Source of the DNA: Chamaesiphon sp.
Lineage (GTDB): Bacteria; Cyanobacteriota; Cyanobacteriia; Cyanobacteriales; Chamaesiphonaceae
Length of the DNA: 64,000 nt
Direction: 5' to 3'
Assembly (NCBI GenBank): GCA_965246715.1
Contig: CBDFFH010000055.1
Location: 128,001-192,000, forward strand
Every line of letters begins with the position of its first letter. Position 1 is the first letter of the stretch. The notes under the pieces are model-generated. The model was not told the DNA's origin, made no database searches, and saw only the letters and a list, made by a program, of their open reading frames with translations. Made by a program: the position numbers and the translations under genes. Positions 1 through 10,742 of this stretch are shown here, piece by piece.

Positions 1-223
1 TCAAAATACTCGTCTCCAGCCAACTATCGACGCGATCGAGTGCTGCGGTTGCCATCTCCACCTTGCCGCCAGGAAAATAGTGATACAAATTTGTTTTGCC
101 TAAGCCTGTCGCTGTGGCGATGCAGGCTAAACTCGCACCATCGTAGCCATACAGCCGAAATACAGCTACTAACTGGCTGACGAGATCCGCTCTCGATACC
201 GATCTTACTTTACTATTTGACAT
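1..223 (-). CDS. TetR/AcrR family transcriptional regulator (N-terminal part, runs off the window)
   Basis: Not in the ORF track. Manual translation from the ATG at 223 gives MSNSKVRSVSRADLVSQLVAVFRLYGYDGASLACIATATGLGKTNLYHYFPGGKVEM, a TetR N-terminal HTH. Confidence 0.9.
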   Translation of the reverse strand, partial: MSNSKVRSVSRADLVSQLVAVFRLYGYDGASLACIATATGLGKTNLYHYFPGGKVEMATAALDRVDSWLETSIL

Positions 224-270
224 TTTAACGAACGTTCGATATTCTATAGTTTAACAAACGTTCGGTAAAA
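223..270. promoter_or_regulatory. Twin palindromic operator, probably for the TetR protein
   Basis: TTTAACGAACGTTCGAT (perfect core CGAACGTTCG at 229-238) and TTTAACAAACGTTCGGT (250-266) lie in the 58 bp gap between the divergent tetR and DJ-1 genes. Confidence 0.7.
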
Positions 271-281
271 AGTAACACGAC

Positions 282-950
282 ATGGCTCCAAAAATTTCCG
301 GTTTTCGGTTGGGCATCTATGTGTTCAAAGATGCTGAAATCATCGACTACGCTGCGCCGTATGGGGTATTCTCGGTAGCGCGACGCTTCGATCCCGAACT
401 AGATGTGTTTCTAATTGCCGAAAATCTGCGTCCAGTTCAAACCCAAGCCGGATTGACGGTACTACCTAATTACGGATTTAGCGATCGACCAGATATGGAT
501 GCCTTCCTGATTCCGGGCGGGTTTGGCACCAGACAGGAGTTGCACAATCATAATTTGCACGAGTTTATTCGGCAATTACCCGAATCCTGCTTGCTTACTA
601 GCATCTGCACCGGATCGTGGATCTATGGGAAAATGGGCTTGCTCGATGGCTTAGCCGCCACCAATCGCAAAGAACCGGATCGACTCGAAGCTTCAAATAT
701 GGGTCAAATTCCGATCGACAGGCTAGCCACGATCGCCCCAGCGTGCCGGATCAGTCGCGCCAGACTCGTCGATGCCGGGAGGATTATTACGGCGGGGGGG
801 ATTGCTTCAGGGATGGAAATGGGCTTCTATCTGCTCGAACGCGCTGGCTATGATGAGGCAGTAATTCAGGACATCGCGCGCACGATGGAATATCAGGAAG
901 CATATAATCTCTATCGTCACGATGTTGAGATTGCCGACAAACAGCATTAA
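282..950 (+). CDS. DJ-1/PfpI family protein
   Basis: EIIDYAAPYGVF, LIPGGFG, nucleophile SICTG and ITAGGIASG motifs. Confidence 0.9.
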   Translation: MAPKISGFRLGIYVFKDAEIIDYAAPYGVFSVARRFDPELDVFLIAENLRPVQTQAGLTVLPNYGFSDRPDMDAFLIPGGFGTRQELHNHNLHEFIRQLPESCLLTSICTGSWIYGKMGLLDGLAATNRKEPDRLEASNMGQIPIDRLATIAPACRISRARLVDAGRIITAGGIASGMEMGFYLLERAGYDEAVIQDIARTMEYQEAYNLYRHDVEIADKQH

Positions 951-1018
951 TTTAGGCTAATTGTAGCTAGAGTTTTGTTTTAGGCGATACTGGTGATACG
1001 TTTTAGGCGATCTTATCT

Positions 1019-1564
1019 ATGGAACTGCCACCAGATCTCAAACACCATCGACTGACACAAAAGGACTTGGAGCGGTTGGCTTACTTGCGATCGATCCAAC
1101 CCGCGCGAAAGGCAACATTAGCGCGTCCTTCCCAAGGCGAACGGATTGCAGATATCGTCACCGAGACAGTTGGTTCGTGGCGGTTTATTATCATCCAGAG
1201 TTGCTTGTTGGCGATTTGGATCTGTTTAAATGTTGTCGCTTGGATCGGACACTGGGATCCTTATCCGTTTATCTTGCTCAATCTTGCCTTGAGTTTTCAG
1301 GCGGCTTATGCAACGCCATTTATTTTGATGAGTCAAAATCGGCAATCGACGATCGATCGAGACAAAGCGCAACAGGATCTCGATTGCGATCTCAAAGCCG
1401 AAATGGAGATCGAGCTACTCCACGAAAAATTAGATTCGCTCAGAGATCGAGAAATCGCCGAGCTAAAACTTGCTGTTGAGCGTCAATATCAGATTATCCT
1501 CCGGTTGGAAGGACTGCTCGATCGGAAAATGGCCGCAAATCATCCCCCAACTCCCGAGATTTAG
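1019..1564 (+). CDS. DUF1003 membrane protein
   Basis: GSWRFII and WDPYPFILLNLALSFQAAYATPFILMSQNRQ signature. Confidence 0.9.
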   Translation: MELPPDLKHHRLTQKDLERLAYLRSIQPARKATLARPSQGERIADIVTETVGSWRFIIIQSCLLAIWICLNVVAWIGHWDPYPFILLNLALSFQAAYATPFILMSQNRQSTIDRDKAQQDLDCDLKAEMEIELLHEKLDSLRDREIAELKLAVERQYQIILRLEGLLDRKMAANHPPTPEI

Positions 1565-1854
1565 GCGCGCTTGCTAACAGCTGAAGGCTCGACTGTAGAT
1601 GTGGTACTTTCCCGTGCTGGCAAGGCGGGTGGTATGGCAGAACTCAAAGCTGGCTCCGCAATTTTAATCTCTGGGAGTGACTCGCGGTGAATTTGGCCGA
1701 AGAAGGCAGTTTTGTGCTGGTAATTTGACGCTACAGCCAACAACGCCCCCAAGACTAAATAAGCTGGCAGCGGTAAGGAAATCGCTTGCACTGATTGATA
1801 AAGTTCGGCACCAGCCAAGAGAATAAAGAAGATTGCGATCCAAAATTGCGGCAT
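1561..1854 (-). CDS. Small membrane protein of unknown function
   Basis: Two hydrophobic segments (LPLPAYLVLGALLAVASNY) followed by a Pro/Ser tail. Confidence 0.7.
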   Translation of the reverse strand: MPQFWIAIFFILLAGAELYQSVQAISLPLPAYLVLGALLAVASNYQHKTAFFGQIHRESLPEIKIAEPALSSAIPPALPARESTTSTVEPSAVSKRA

Positions 1855-2140
1855 AAGTTTAGACTCTGGGATAACCGATCGACTCCATTACCTGCCGCGA
1901 TCTGGGAGCGAGATGGTGGCTGTTAGAGTAAGTTGCTGTCGAGCTACTATGTTAGTTTTACCATAACTTTTGACTCTCGATGCGAGGCGACCGCGCGAAA
2001 GTTTAATTGGCATCAGTAGAAAAACGGATCTAGTAAGTAAAAAAACCGCACGATGCTTGTAATAATCGCGTATTTACAATGCGATCGAATATTTGACAAA
2101 GGTGATAAGCTATTAGGCGATGAGTTAGGAAAGCTTAACT

Positions 2141-2626
2141 TTGGCAATTATCGAAATAACCCCCGATTTCTCGAGTTCCACTACTACCGATCGACTCTTA
2201 GATTCGATCCGTAATCGCCCCGACGGAGTGACAATTAAAGAATTATCAGATACTTTAAATCGTCCCGTCTCTATGCTCCAAATTTGTCTGAAAATCTTGA
2301 TTGCTAGCCGAAAAGTAGCTGTCAAGCAGCATAAAAATGGAGGGCAATTAGCAAAGGTATATGTCTCAAAGTCAGAACTGGCAACCTCACCGTGCCAATT
2401 CAAGCTACCTCTAGATCGTAATTATCCGCGAGTAACACCGATGGATTTACGGGAAGTAGCAGGATTGACCAAAGTTCAACTCGCTGCTGAGTTGGGCTTA
2501 TCGGTGAGGACGATTAATGATTGGGAACAAAACCGTTCTCAACCTAAATTAATACCATCTCAGCTCAAACAGATGATGTCTGTGTATCAATGTACACTAG
2601 ACGAACTAATCGCGGCATTTGAGTAA
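2141..2626 (+). CDS. Two-domain DNA-binding protein (winged-HTH-like plus XRE HTH)
   Basis: N-terminal PDGVTIKELSDTLNRPVSMLQICLK; C-terminal LREVAGLTKVQLAAELGLSVRTINDWEQNRSQP. TTG start. Overlaps the convergent gene by 40 bp. Confidence 0.7.
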   Translation: MAIIEITPDFSSSTTTDRLLDSIRNRPDGVTIKELSDTLNRPVSMLQICLKILIASRKVAVKQHKNGGQLAKVYVSKSELATSPCQFKLPLDRNYPRVTPMDLREVAGLTKVQLAAELGLSVRTINDWEQNRSQPKLIPSQLKQMMSVYQCTLDELIAAFE

Positions 2627-4299
2627 GTGCTAAATAATACCTTGCCATTGGCGATCGCTTGTAATTGAACTACTAGCGGCCCTAATGTATAAATATCTCG
2701 ATCGACAACAGTTCTGATGTCGATCGAGTTTTTTTGTTTTTTCACCCGTTCCAAAAACTGTACGTAAGTAATCAGTTGCCCGTCGCCAACTTGCGGTCGA
2801 TCGTCCAAAATTCCAGCCCGTTTGGCGCGTAATTGTGATGCCACTAATAACACATTAAATTGTTGCCGAATTTGCTCCTCAGTTAGGCGATCGGGATTAA
2901 GATTCACCTGAGCGATCTGTGTATTGCGAGCAAATAATTTCCGGTTGGGAGTAGCATCGATAAATACTTGAATATTGCGATCGCCGACGACATAGTTCCC
3001 GATCGAAAAAACTCGCACTACATAATCGCGACGATCGGATATTTGCTGCTTGAGTTCGGTCAAGCGAGCAGGTGCGACTTCGATTACTTGTTGGGAGCGA
3101 TCTGTATTGTCAGGATCGATCGCTTGGAGCGCATGGAGATTGGCTTGCGTCAATAGTGAGTTAATGGCTTTGGTAGCTGTCTCTGGACTACTAACCTTCA
3201 AAATACTCGTCGCTAACACCCGATCGCGTAAAATCGCAATATTGCCCTGGCGAATCTTTTGATATTCTTGTTCGATATTATTGACTTCTTTTTCTAACGA
3301 AGCTAATCCCTGTCCTTTCGCACGAATCTGCGCTTCGAGCTTTTTGAGCTGGATATCTCTGAGCTTTAATTGTGTTGCCCGAGTTTGAAACTCGCGTTCG
3401 AGCTGTTGATGTTGGTGGTCTTTTTCGGTCAGTTGTGCTTGGCGAACTGCGAGTTTTTGCTGGAGTTGTTTGAGTTGCGTATCGATGTTAAATAGTTCGG
3501 TTTGCTCCAGCTTGAGTTGTGCTTCGAGATTAGTCGATTTGGTAGTTTTTTGTTCGAGTTCGTCGCCTAATTGTTTAACTTTAGATTCGTAGTTTTGCAA
3601 GCGCTGGATTCGATCGACTAAGTTTGGCTCGACAGTAATCGTATTCAATTGCTGTTGGAGTTGCGATTTTTTGAGTGTGACGCTGGCAAGTTGTTGCTGG
3701 AGCGGCATCATCGTCTCGTTAAGTTCGGTGACACGCTGTTTGAGTTCGCGTACCTGTCGAGCGACTACCTGCTGCTGGGCAGTGAGATCGGCGCGACTGC
3801 GGGCGATTTCGCCGACCTCGCTCATGAGGTCGTTGCGTTGAGCGGAGATAGTTTTGAGCTGCTGTTCGGTATTGGTGAAATTCTGAGCGGCGATCGATTG
3901 TTTGAGTAATTCATCCTTGAGCGATCGATCGATCCCCGACAAGAGATTTTTGGCTTCTGACTGGGCATTCCGGGCGATTTCTAGCTCGCGCTGGACGCGA
4001 TCTTTTTGTTCGAGCGCGCGGGCGAGATTTTCTTTGGTATCGGAGAGTTTGCGCTGAATTTTTTGCAGATCGAACACGCCCACTCGCAGTTGTTCGCTCG
4101 CGCCAAACATCAGTGTTAGCACAGAGGCAGAGATCAGTGTGCCCGTAACGATTGTTACCAATGTGGCAGTTTGGCGCGGTCGGAGTTTAAATAGGCTCAA
4201 TCTCGCTTTGCCTACCCGCGTGCCGATTCGATCGCCAGATACAGCGATGAAACCTCCCAAAATTAATAGTACGCCGATTAAAATGTAACCGCTGGTCAT
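2587..4299 (-). CDS. DUF3084 domain coiled-coil membrane protein
   Basis: GDRIGTRVGKARLSLFKLRPRQTA N-terminus followed by a long coiled coil. Confidence 0.85.
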   Translation of the reverse strand: MTSGYILIGVLLILGGFIAVSGDRIGTRVGKARLSLFKLRPRQTATLVTIVTGTLISASVLTLMFGASEQLRVGVFDLQKIQRKLSDTKENLARALEQKDRVQRELEIARNAQSEAKNLLSGIDRSLKDELLKQSIAAQNFTNTEQQLKTISAQRNDLMSEVGEIARSRADLTAQQQVVARQVRELKQRVTELNETMMPLQQQLASVTLKKSQLQQQLNTITVEPNLVDRIQRLQNYESKVKQLGDELEQKTTKSTNLEAQLKLEQTELFNIDTQLKQLQQKLAVRQAQLTEKDHQHQQLEREFQTRATQLKLRDIQLKKLEAQIRAKGQGLASLEKEVNNIEQEYQKIRQGNIAILRDRVLATSILKVSSPETATKAINSLLTQANLHALQAIDPDNTDRSQQVIEVAPARLTELKQQISDRRDYVVRVFSIGNYVVGDRNIQVFIDATPNRKLFARNTQIAQVNLNPDRLTEEQIRQQFNVLLVASQLRAKRAGILDDRPQVGDGQLITYVQFLERVKKQKNSIDIRTVVDRDIYTLGPLVVQLQAIANGKVLFSTYSNAAISSSSVH

Positions 4300-4695
4300 A
4301 TATGAAGATGAATCAAAAATTTTTGGCAGAAATTAACACTAACTAGTCTCTGGGCTGTTAGTCACATTTTCGGCACCGATCCCATCCAAAAAAATTTTCG
4401 ATAGCTTGTCATCTACCGTTGGATGTTGTAATAGACTGAGGGCTGAAGTTTAGCTCGGTAACGGCAATCGGTCACAAGTAACAGCCGCAAGCTGCATGTC
4501 GAGCGGGAAGATAAAAATTTTCAGAGGTAGAGCCAAATTGTAGTGAGGAGGCTAATGTCAATGATATCACAGCGATCGAAGGAAAGCGATCGGCAAAAAT
4601 GACCGCTTGCCACAAATTAATCTCGCAGATCGATCGATCTATCTGTCTCAATGTGGCATAGAATCTAGGGATTGGTTGTAGTGGATTAATTGCCA

Positions 4696-5601
4696 ATGAC
4701 TTTGGGTCTTGGGTTTGCTTCCCAGTTCACAGAATCCTGGTTACGCCAAACTCTAGATCTGGGATTAGTAATTGCCCTCACTTTTCTGGTGCTATTGGCC
4801 GTCAGCGATCGGCGAACGCTCTGGATGGTGCGAGGGCTGATCGTGTTGATGGTGGCCGCCGCGATTAGCGAACGCTGTCAATTTCGGCTGCTGAGTTTTG
4901 TTTTAGACAAATTGGTGGTTGGGGCGGCGCTGGGGATGTCAGTGGTCTTTCAGTCGGAATTTCGCCGCTTTTTAGAGCAATTGGGGCGGGGAAATCTCAT
5001 GCCCTTAATTCGACCGATCCGCCGGGTCAGTAATTCCACAGATCGGGGGATCGATGCGATCGTCGATGCAGTCAAGGAGCTATCCCAACAACGGATCGGC
5101 GCATTGATGATTTTAGAAACCACGGCGATGATGGACGAGCGGGATTTTGCCGTACCTGGGGTCAAGTTAGATGCCGAATTATCGAAAGAACTCCTGCAAA
5201 CAATTTTTCAAAATACCACGCTGCTTCATGATGGCGCGGTCTTTATTCGCGGCGATCGAGTCATCGCTGCTGGTGTCATTCTCCCTTTATCCGATCGCGC
5301 TGCTTCTCGCCAATTAGGGACGCGGCATCGGGCGGCAATGGGTATTACCGAACGCACGAACAATTGTCTCTGTATCGTCGTCTCGGAAGAGACTGGTTCG
5401 ATCTCGCTTGCTGAGGGCGGGGTGCTCGATCGACCCCTGACAAGCAGTAAACTGAAAGAACTATTAGAAATCCGATTTGCACCTGCTGTCGAACGCGAAT
5501 CTGTCGCGCCAAATTTACTCAGCTTGGGGCGCAAGTTTAGTTCTCACGGTATGATGATATTTCGCCAACTGCTGAAGTTGCCAGGAGATAAACGAAAATA
5601 G
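4696..5601 (+). CDS. cdaA: Diadenylate cyclase CdaA (3 TM plus DisA_N)
   Basis: LHDGA and GTRHRAA catalytic motifs, VVSEETG; lies upstream of uppS. Confidence 0.93.
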   Translation: MTLGLGFASQFTESWLRQTLDLGLVIALTFLVLLAVSDRRTLWMVRGLIVLMVAAAISERCQFRLLSFVLDKLVVGAALGMSVVFQSEFRRFLEQLGRGNLMPLIRPIRRVSNSTDRGIDAIVDAVKELSQQRIGALMILETTAMMDERDFAVPGVKLDAELSKELLQTIFQNTTLLHDGAVFIRGDRVIAAGVILPLSDRAASRQLGTRHRAAMGITERTNNCLCIVVSEETGSISLAEGGVLDRPLTSSKLKELLEIRFAPAVERESVAPNLLSLGRKFSSHGMMIFRQLLKLPGDKRK

Positions 5602-5740
5602 TTCGCGATCGCTACGCTGTCCTGACAGATCGAGCGATCGATTTAGTCCCGATTGTCACCACCACAATTTCTCAGTCCGCCCGCTTCATCAACCACCGTC
5701 ACCTCAGCTCATTTCTCATCCCCCATCTTTCATCCCACAG

Positions 5741-6490
5741 ATGACTCCCAAAACAACCAGTCTCATCGCCTTACCTACCGATTTAGATTGTACTCGCCTG
5801 CCACAACATGTTGCGGTGATTATGGATGGCAATGGTCGGTGGGCAAAACGGCGCGGCTTTCCCCGGATTATGGGGCACAAACGCGGCGCTGATGCTCTGC
5901 GCGATCTGGTGCGGTGTTGTCGGGATTGGGGGATTGCGGCGCTGACAGTCTATGCCTTTTCGACTGAGAATTGGGGCAGATCGACCGATGAAGTCGATTT
6001 TTTGATGACGCTATTCGATGGTCTATTTCAGGCCGAACTTGCCGAAATGGTCGAGGAAAATGTCCGGCTGGAAGTGGTGGGTAACTTAGACGATCTCTCG
6101 CCAGCGCTCTACAATTCGATCGATCGAGCGCGTACCGCCACAGCTAATAATCAGGGTGTAAAATTTACAGTTGCGATCAATTATGGTGGCAGACAAGAGA
6201 TCGTCCGCGCTTGTCAGGCGATTGCAACTCAAGTTCAGCAGGGTGTAATTAAAGCTGCCGATATCGATGAAAATACGCTGTCTCAGCATTTATATACATC
6301 GCACTTACCCGATCCCGATCTGTTAATTCGTACCAGTGGCGAAATGCGGATCAGCAACTTTTTGCTGTGGCAATTGGCTTATGCCGAACTCTATGTCACC
6401 GATACATTGTGGCCGGATTTCGATCGGCGGGCATTTCACCGCGCGCTGCTCAATTATCAACAACGCCATCGTCGCTTTGGAAAAATCTGA
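5741..6490 (+). CDS. uppS: Undecaprenyl diphosphate synthase
   Basis: [21 protein letters not shown] and [19 protein letters not shown] motifs. Confidence 0.96.
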   Translation: MTPKTTSLIALPTDLDCTRLPQHVAVIMDGNGRWAKRRGFPRIMGHKRGADALRDLVRCCRDWGIAALTVYAFSTENWGRSTDEVDFLMTLFDGLFQAELAEMVEENVRLEVVGNLDDLSPALYNSIDRARTATANNQGVKFTVAINYGGRQEIVRACQAIATQVQQGVIKAADIDENTLSQHLYTSHLPDPDLLIRTSGEMRISNFLLWQLAYAELYVTDTLWPDFDRRAFHRALLNYQQRHRRFGKI

Positions 6491-6526
6491 GAAATTAGGC
6501 ATTAGCAAACTGAGTTTTGCGTTCTT

Positions 6527-8107
6527 TTAAGCTTTAGTAGTAGTATCGATAAAAAATAAGCCGATCCCGATCGCCAATAATATCGGTGTCAACCAATCAC
6601 CATAGCTGACGTACATTGTTTGAGTATGTTTGCGATAAATCTGATGGGCGTGAGTAGTAAATTCATTAAGTTTTGAAATCCACTTAGTTTGTCCGTGCGG
6701 ATCGATTACTGCCGAATAACCCGTATTACTAGCACGAACCATCCACCGATCTGTCTCGATTGCCCGCATCAAATCTAGGGCATGGTGTTGAGCTGCCATG
6801 CCCGCACCATAATGTGCGTCGTTAGAAGCAGTAATAATCAGCTCTCCCGATCGAGCCTGCTGGCGAAAATGTTCGGGATAGGCGGAATCATAACAAATCC
6901 CAAACATAATATTCCCTAATGGTGTCGTCACAGTGGGTGCAAATTTCCCAGCCACCAAATGAGCATCTAATGGGGAGATCGTATCGACTAATTTACCTAG
7001 ATACTGCTCGAACGGAATATATTCACCCAACGGTACTAATTTCCACTTATCATAACGACCGATGTTTTTACCATCCCCAGTAATTAACAATATACTATTA
7101 GTAATTCCCCCTTTGACTTCACCGAATCCACCGATAAAAGCAGGTATTTTTTGCTCTAGAATAGTCCGATAAAAAGATGTGTTTTTAATTTGACTTTCAC
7201 GATATGGAAAGGCAGTTTCCGGAGTGATGACGGCATCTACTTTCTGCTGAGCTAGAGTTAGATAACCTTTCGTATAATTGTCGATCGCCAGATCGTATCC
7301 TGACTGATAATGCCTGACTTCATTACCGATATTTCCTTGAATGATGCCGAGTGTCAAGCTAGATTCTGTCGGTTCAAAGGATGAATTAGTCGCAATTGTG
7401 AAACCGATCGCATAAACAATAACGATCGCTCCGAGTGCAGTATTGAGGTAAGGTACTCCTTTCCAAAATCGCTGAATCGGCTTGAGCTGCTGGTGTCGAT
7501 CGAATGCCAGACAGGCCTCCGCAATCAGCCCATTTACGAACACAATTGCGGCACTAACTGTTTCCGGCCCTGACAATCGACTCAGATGCAAAATTGGTAA
7601 ATTGTGTGGACTTTGACTGAGTGCCAATGATGTCCAACATAGATCGGTCAGGCCATATAATTCTTCCAATCCGCACCAACAAGCAGTCCCTAAGATGACA
7701 CGGATGAAAGGATTTAATCTAGATTTAGTCGCAATAAATCGCAGGCAAAACGACCATAAAATAACTAAACTAGTAGCCCATAAAGTCACAAAGCTCAAAC
7801 AGAAAGTAGCAATTCCTAAACTTGCGAGAAAGGGAACTCCCATCCAGGTCATCGGGTGAATGCCGAATAGCCAAGCCAATCCCCAGCCATAACACCCGAT
7901 GCCCCAACATCCAGCATAAAGTACTTTACCAGCAGTCCGATCGCGACATAGTAAATACCATAATGGTGCGATCGCGATCCAAGCTAAATACCATGCCTCC
8001 ACTGGTGCAAATGTTATCCCCATTAAAATCCCACTCCCTAGCGAGACTCCCATTCCCAACAGCTTGCTGATATATTTAGTGAGATATTTACGAATGGCAA
8101 TCGACAT
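6527..8107 (-). CDS. lnt: Apolipoprotein N-acyltransferase
   Basis: Multi-TM N-terminus; QGNI, PETA, YDKWKLVPLGEYIP, ICYD and RAIETDR..RASNTG motifs. Confidence 0.93.
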   Translation of the reverse strand: MSIAIRKYLTKYISKLLGMGVSLGSGILMGITFAPVEAWYLAWIAIAPLWYLLCRDRTAGKVLYAGCWGIGCYGWGLAWLFGIHPMTWMGVPFLASLGIATFCLSFVTLWATSLVILWSFCLRFIATKSRLNPFIRVILGTACWCGLEELYGLTDLCWTSLALSQSPHNLPILHLSRLSGPETVSAAIVFVNGLIAEACLAFDRHQQLKPIQRFWKGVPYLNTALGAIVIVYAIGFTIATNSSFEPTESSLTLGIIQGNIGNEVRHYQSGYDLAIDNYTKGYLTLAQQKVDAVITPETAFPYRESQIKNTSFYRTILEQKIPAFIGGFGEVKGGITNSILLITGDGKNIGRYDKWKLVPLGEYIPFEQYLGKLVDTISPLDAHLVAGKFAPTVTTPLGNIMFGICYDSAYPEHFRQQARSGELIITASNDAHYGAGMAAQHHALDLMRAIETDRWMVRASNTGYSAVIDPHGQTKWISKLNEFTTHAHQIYRKHTQTMYVSYGDWLTPILLAIGIGLFFIDTTTKA

Positions 8108-8213
8108 TAGGAATTATTAATGATGAGGTGGGAGTTTGACAAACCGACTGGTGTGAGAATATGTATTAGCTACAATTAGATGGCGATCGCGATATTGAAT
8201 ATAAACTAGACTA

Positions 8214-8747
8214 CTACCAATCTTCAATTGTTAATACCCAGCGTTCGTGGTCGCGCCACTCGCCATTAATATATAAATAACGCGGAGAAAACCCCTCTTT
8301 AATAAATCCCAGTCGTTTGACTAAGTTAAGCGAAGGAATATTCTCAGATTGAATATTCGCTTCAAGTCGATGTAAATTTAGGGTATTAAAAGCATAATCG
8401 ATCGCCAAGCGAATGCCTGCTGACATCAACCCTTGCCCTACAAAATCTACATTAGCATAATAACCAAGATAAGCATTCTGAAAGTTTTTGTAAAATATCT
8501 GACTGAGATTTGCAACGCCAATAATTTTAGATTGTGCTTGGAGATCGGCTGGATAGTCGATCGCTTGACAAATTAATAAACCTTCATAATCTTCTCGCTG
8601 GCACCGCTGAAGGTAGGCAAGGCAATCTACTTCAGTGAGCGGAGTTCTCACCCACGGAAAATGTAGATCTTGACTCTTGTGGTGTAATGATAATAATTCT
8701 GGCACATCATCGATAACTGGTTTGCGAATAAATACAGAAGACAACAT
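8214..8747 (-). CDS. RimJ/RimL-type GNAT acetyltransferase
   Basis: NAYLGY, GQGLMS, LHRLEANIQ..N..S and INGEWRDHERW motifs. Confidence 0.88.
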   Translation of the reverse strand: MLSSVFIRKPVIDDVPELLSLHHKSQDLHFPWVRTPLTEVDCLAYLQRCQREDYEGLLICQAIDYPADLQAQSKIIGVANLSQIFYKNFQNAYLGYYANVDFVGQGLMSAGIRLAIDYAFNTLNLHRLEANIQSENIPSLNLVKRLGFIKEGFSPRYLYINGEWRDHERWVLTIEDW

Positions 8748-8805
8748 CGATCGCGTGCTATTTTAGTTAAATATTGAAATCATCGACAGCGTACGAGCCA
8801 GAAAC

Positions 8806-9264
8806 TCAGTGGTGTGACTGCTCCGACCATTTTTTCCATAATCGATCGGTATTTTCTGGCTGTCTTGGATAGTTGAGTAATTTATCGGAAATAGTTACCC
8901 ACGGTTGAGCGCTCTGCGTCCAGATATTACCTACTGGCTGCAACCAATTTGGATCGTCTAAGGTTCCAGCTTTGATATTGATAGTTTCGCGATTGTGAGA
9001 TCGATCGTGAAATAATCTCGCCCCACAATTAGGACAAAACAAACAGGTAACCGTGCGGTTGCGATCGGCTTTACGAGTCCAACTTTTGGGTTCGCCACAA
9101 ATGATGGCGATCGAATCTCGTGGTACTGTTAGCGATAAACCAAAAGCACTACCAGATTGGTGCTGGCATTCTCGACAATGACATGCATAAAAAGTCAATG
9201 GTTCGCCATGAAGTTCGTACCGAATTTCGCCGCACTCACAACCACCAGTATATGTAGTACTCAT
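8806..9264 (-). CDS. GFA (glutathione-dependent formaldehyde-activating)/CENP-V family protein
   Basis: GGCECG, CHCRECQ..SGSAF and FCPNCG zinc motifs. Confidence 0.9.
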   Translation of the reverse strand: MSTTYTGGCECGEIRYELHGEPLTFYACHCRECQHQSGSAFGLSLTVPRDSIAIICGEPKSWTRKADRNRTVTCLFCPNCGARLFHDRSHNRETINIKAGTLDDPNWLQPVGNIWTQSAQPWVTISDKLLNYPRQPENTDRLWKKWSEQSHH

Positions 9265-9516
9265 CGCTATTTCTACGCTAATTACAGCAGGTTAAACGCA
9301 TCAAAACTTGATATGAGGCGATCGAATTCAATAATACATACAACTTAAGCAGTATTTATGAACTAAATACATTTACGACGAATTCAATTAGAACTGATGT
9401 ATAGTATAAGGCAATATTTATTTAATTTAATGCAATATAAAGTAGTCGATCGAAGGAATAACTTAAATCGTCGATATATTATAGAAGTAATTTGATTTCA
9501 ACCAATAGTTCGTAAA

Positions 9517-10653
9517 TTATAAAATACCTTCTAAAATTTCAGCCAAGTATTTGTCATCTATACCTGCTAGAAATCTCTTGCTTTTCACACTTAATTTCCG
9601 ACTTTTATTTTGACTAATTAAGTTAATAGCTATGTGCCGTAATACTGCAAAATTAGCTGGCGCATTATCTTTCCTAATTCGACTATAATCTTCTCTTAAA
9701 GAAACATCAAGTACCCAATGAAGTGAATTTTCTATCCCCCAATGACCTCTAATTGCTCCGGCGACTCTCTTGGCATTATTAGCTAAACTACTAATAAAAT
9801 AACGAGTCTCTACGGTGGTTTTATCCCCAATAGTTCTTACTGATTCAACCATCGCAATACTAGTCAATTTCATCCAGTTATGGGATGAATCTATTCGATC
9901 GGCAACATCTGATATCATTAAATAATTACGGATTTCTTCCCTACCCCCATTAATCTCCTTAGTCCTGAAATCACTCAGATTGAAACCTGCGCCACCAGTT
10001 GCAATAGCCTGTTTAAATAGCCTTTCTACTTGGTCGTATAAACTTGGTTGATTCTTTTTCACAGCAATTACATAATCTGCATCTTTTTCAACAATTTTTT
10101 TTACTATTTCTCTTTGACATCCCATTGCATCAATGGTAACTATACATCCGGCTAAATCTAGAACTTTAATTAATTCAGGAAGTGCTGTGATTTCATTAGA
10201 TTTGCCCTCAACCATTTTCTGTCCTAATACTAATCTATTAGTTACAGCCCATGCACTAACAGTATTTAGTACACCTTGTCCATTAGTATTATCTCCTGAA
10301 TTTCGAGATTGTTTGCCGTCAAGTGCAATTATTTCTCCTGCTGTTATTTTAGATATTCCTTTAACCCAACTCAGGAAACTTTTTTGAAATTCTTCAGGAT
10401 TAATTCGTGAAAATACCCTTCCAAATGTATCATGTGATGGAATACCATGCGGCAACTCTAAAAATTTACCTAGCCATTCCTTCTTCGCCAAACCATAAAT
10501 TTCTATATCTATCCATGTATCAGCTCCAGATACTACAGCACAAATGGTAATGGTGATGATATCAATTAATTTATGCTTTTTCCCGCGCTCTGTCCTGTAG
10601 TCTTCTACACTCTCGAAGTGTTCTATAATACTATATTTTGGCTTCAGCTTCAT
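9517..10653 (-). CDS. ISAs1 family transposase
   Basis: GIPSHDTF, IALDGK, KSNEITA, TIDAMGCQ and HWGIENSLHWVLDV motifs. Start placed at MKLKPK by alignment with the second copy. Confidence 0.95.
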   Translation of the reverse strand: MKLKPKYSIIEHFESVEDYRTERGKKHKLIDIITITICAVVSGADTWIDIEIYGLAKKEWLGKFLELPHGIPSHDTFGRVFSRINPEEFQKSFLSWVKGISKITAGEIIALDGKQSRNSGDNTNGQGVLNTVSAWAVTNRLVLGQKMVEGKSNEITALPELIKVLDLAGCIVTIDAMGCQREIVKKIVEKDADYVIAVKKNQPSLYDQVERLFKQAIATGGAGFNLSDFRTKEINGGREEIRNYLMISDVADRIDSSHNWMKLTSIAMVESVRTIGDKTTVETRYFISSLANNAKRVAGAIRGHWGIENSLHWVLDVSLREDYSRIRKDNAPANFAVLRHIAINLISQNKSRKLSVKSKRFLAGIDDKYLAEILEGIL

Positions 10654-10742
10654 TTTAGTTAAATTAAATTTGTTAAATTCTAACATAGTTAATTAGCTCT
10701 AACTATTACCTAGCAGTACAGGGTGAACGCACTTAAATTTCC

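Noticed and set aside
4300..4695. c-di-AMP (ydaO) or other riboswitch upstream of cdaA
   Set aside because: No recognisable consensus elements.
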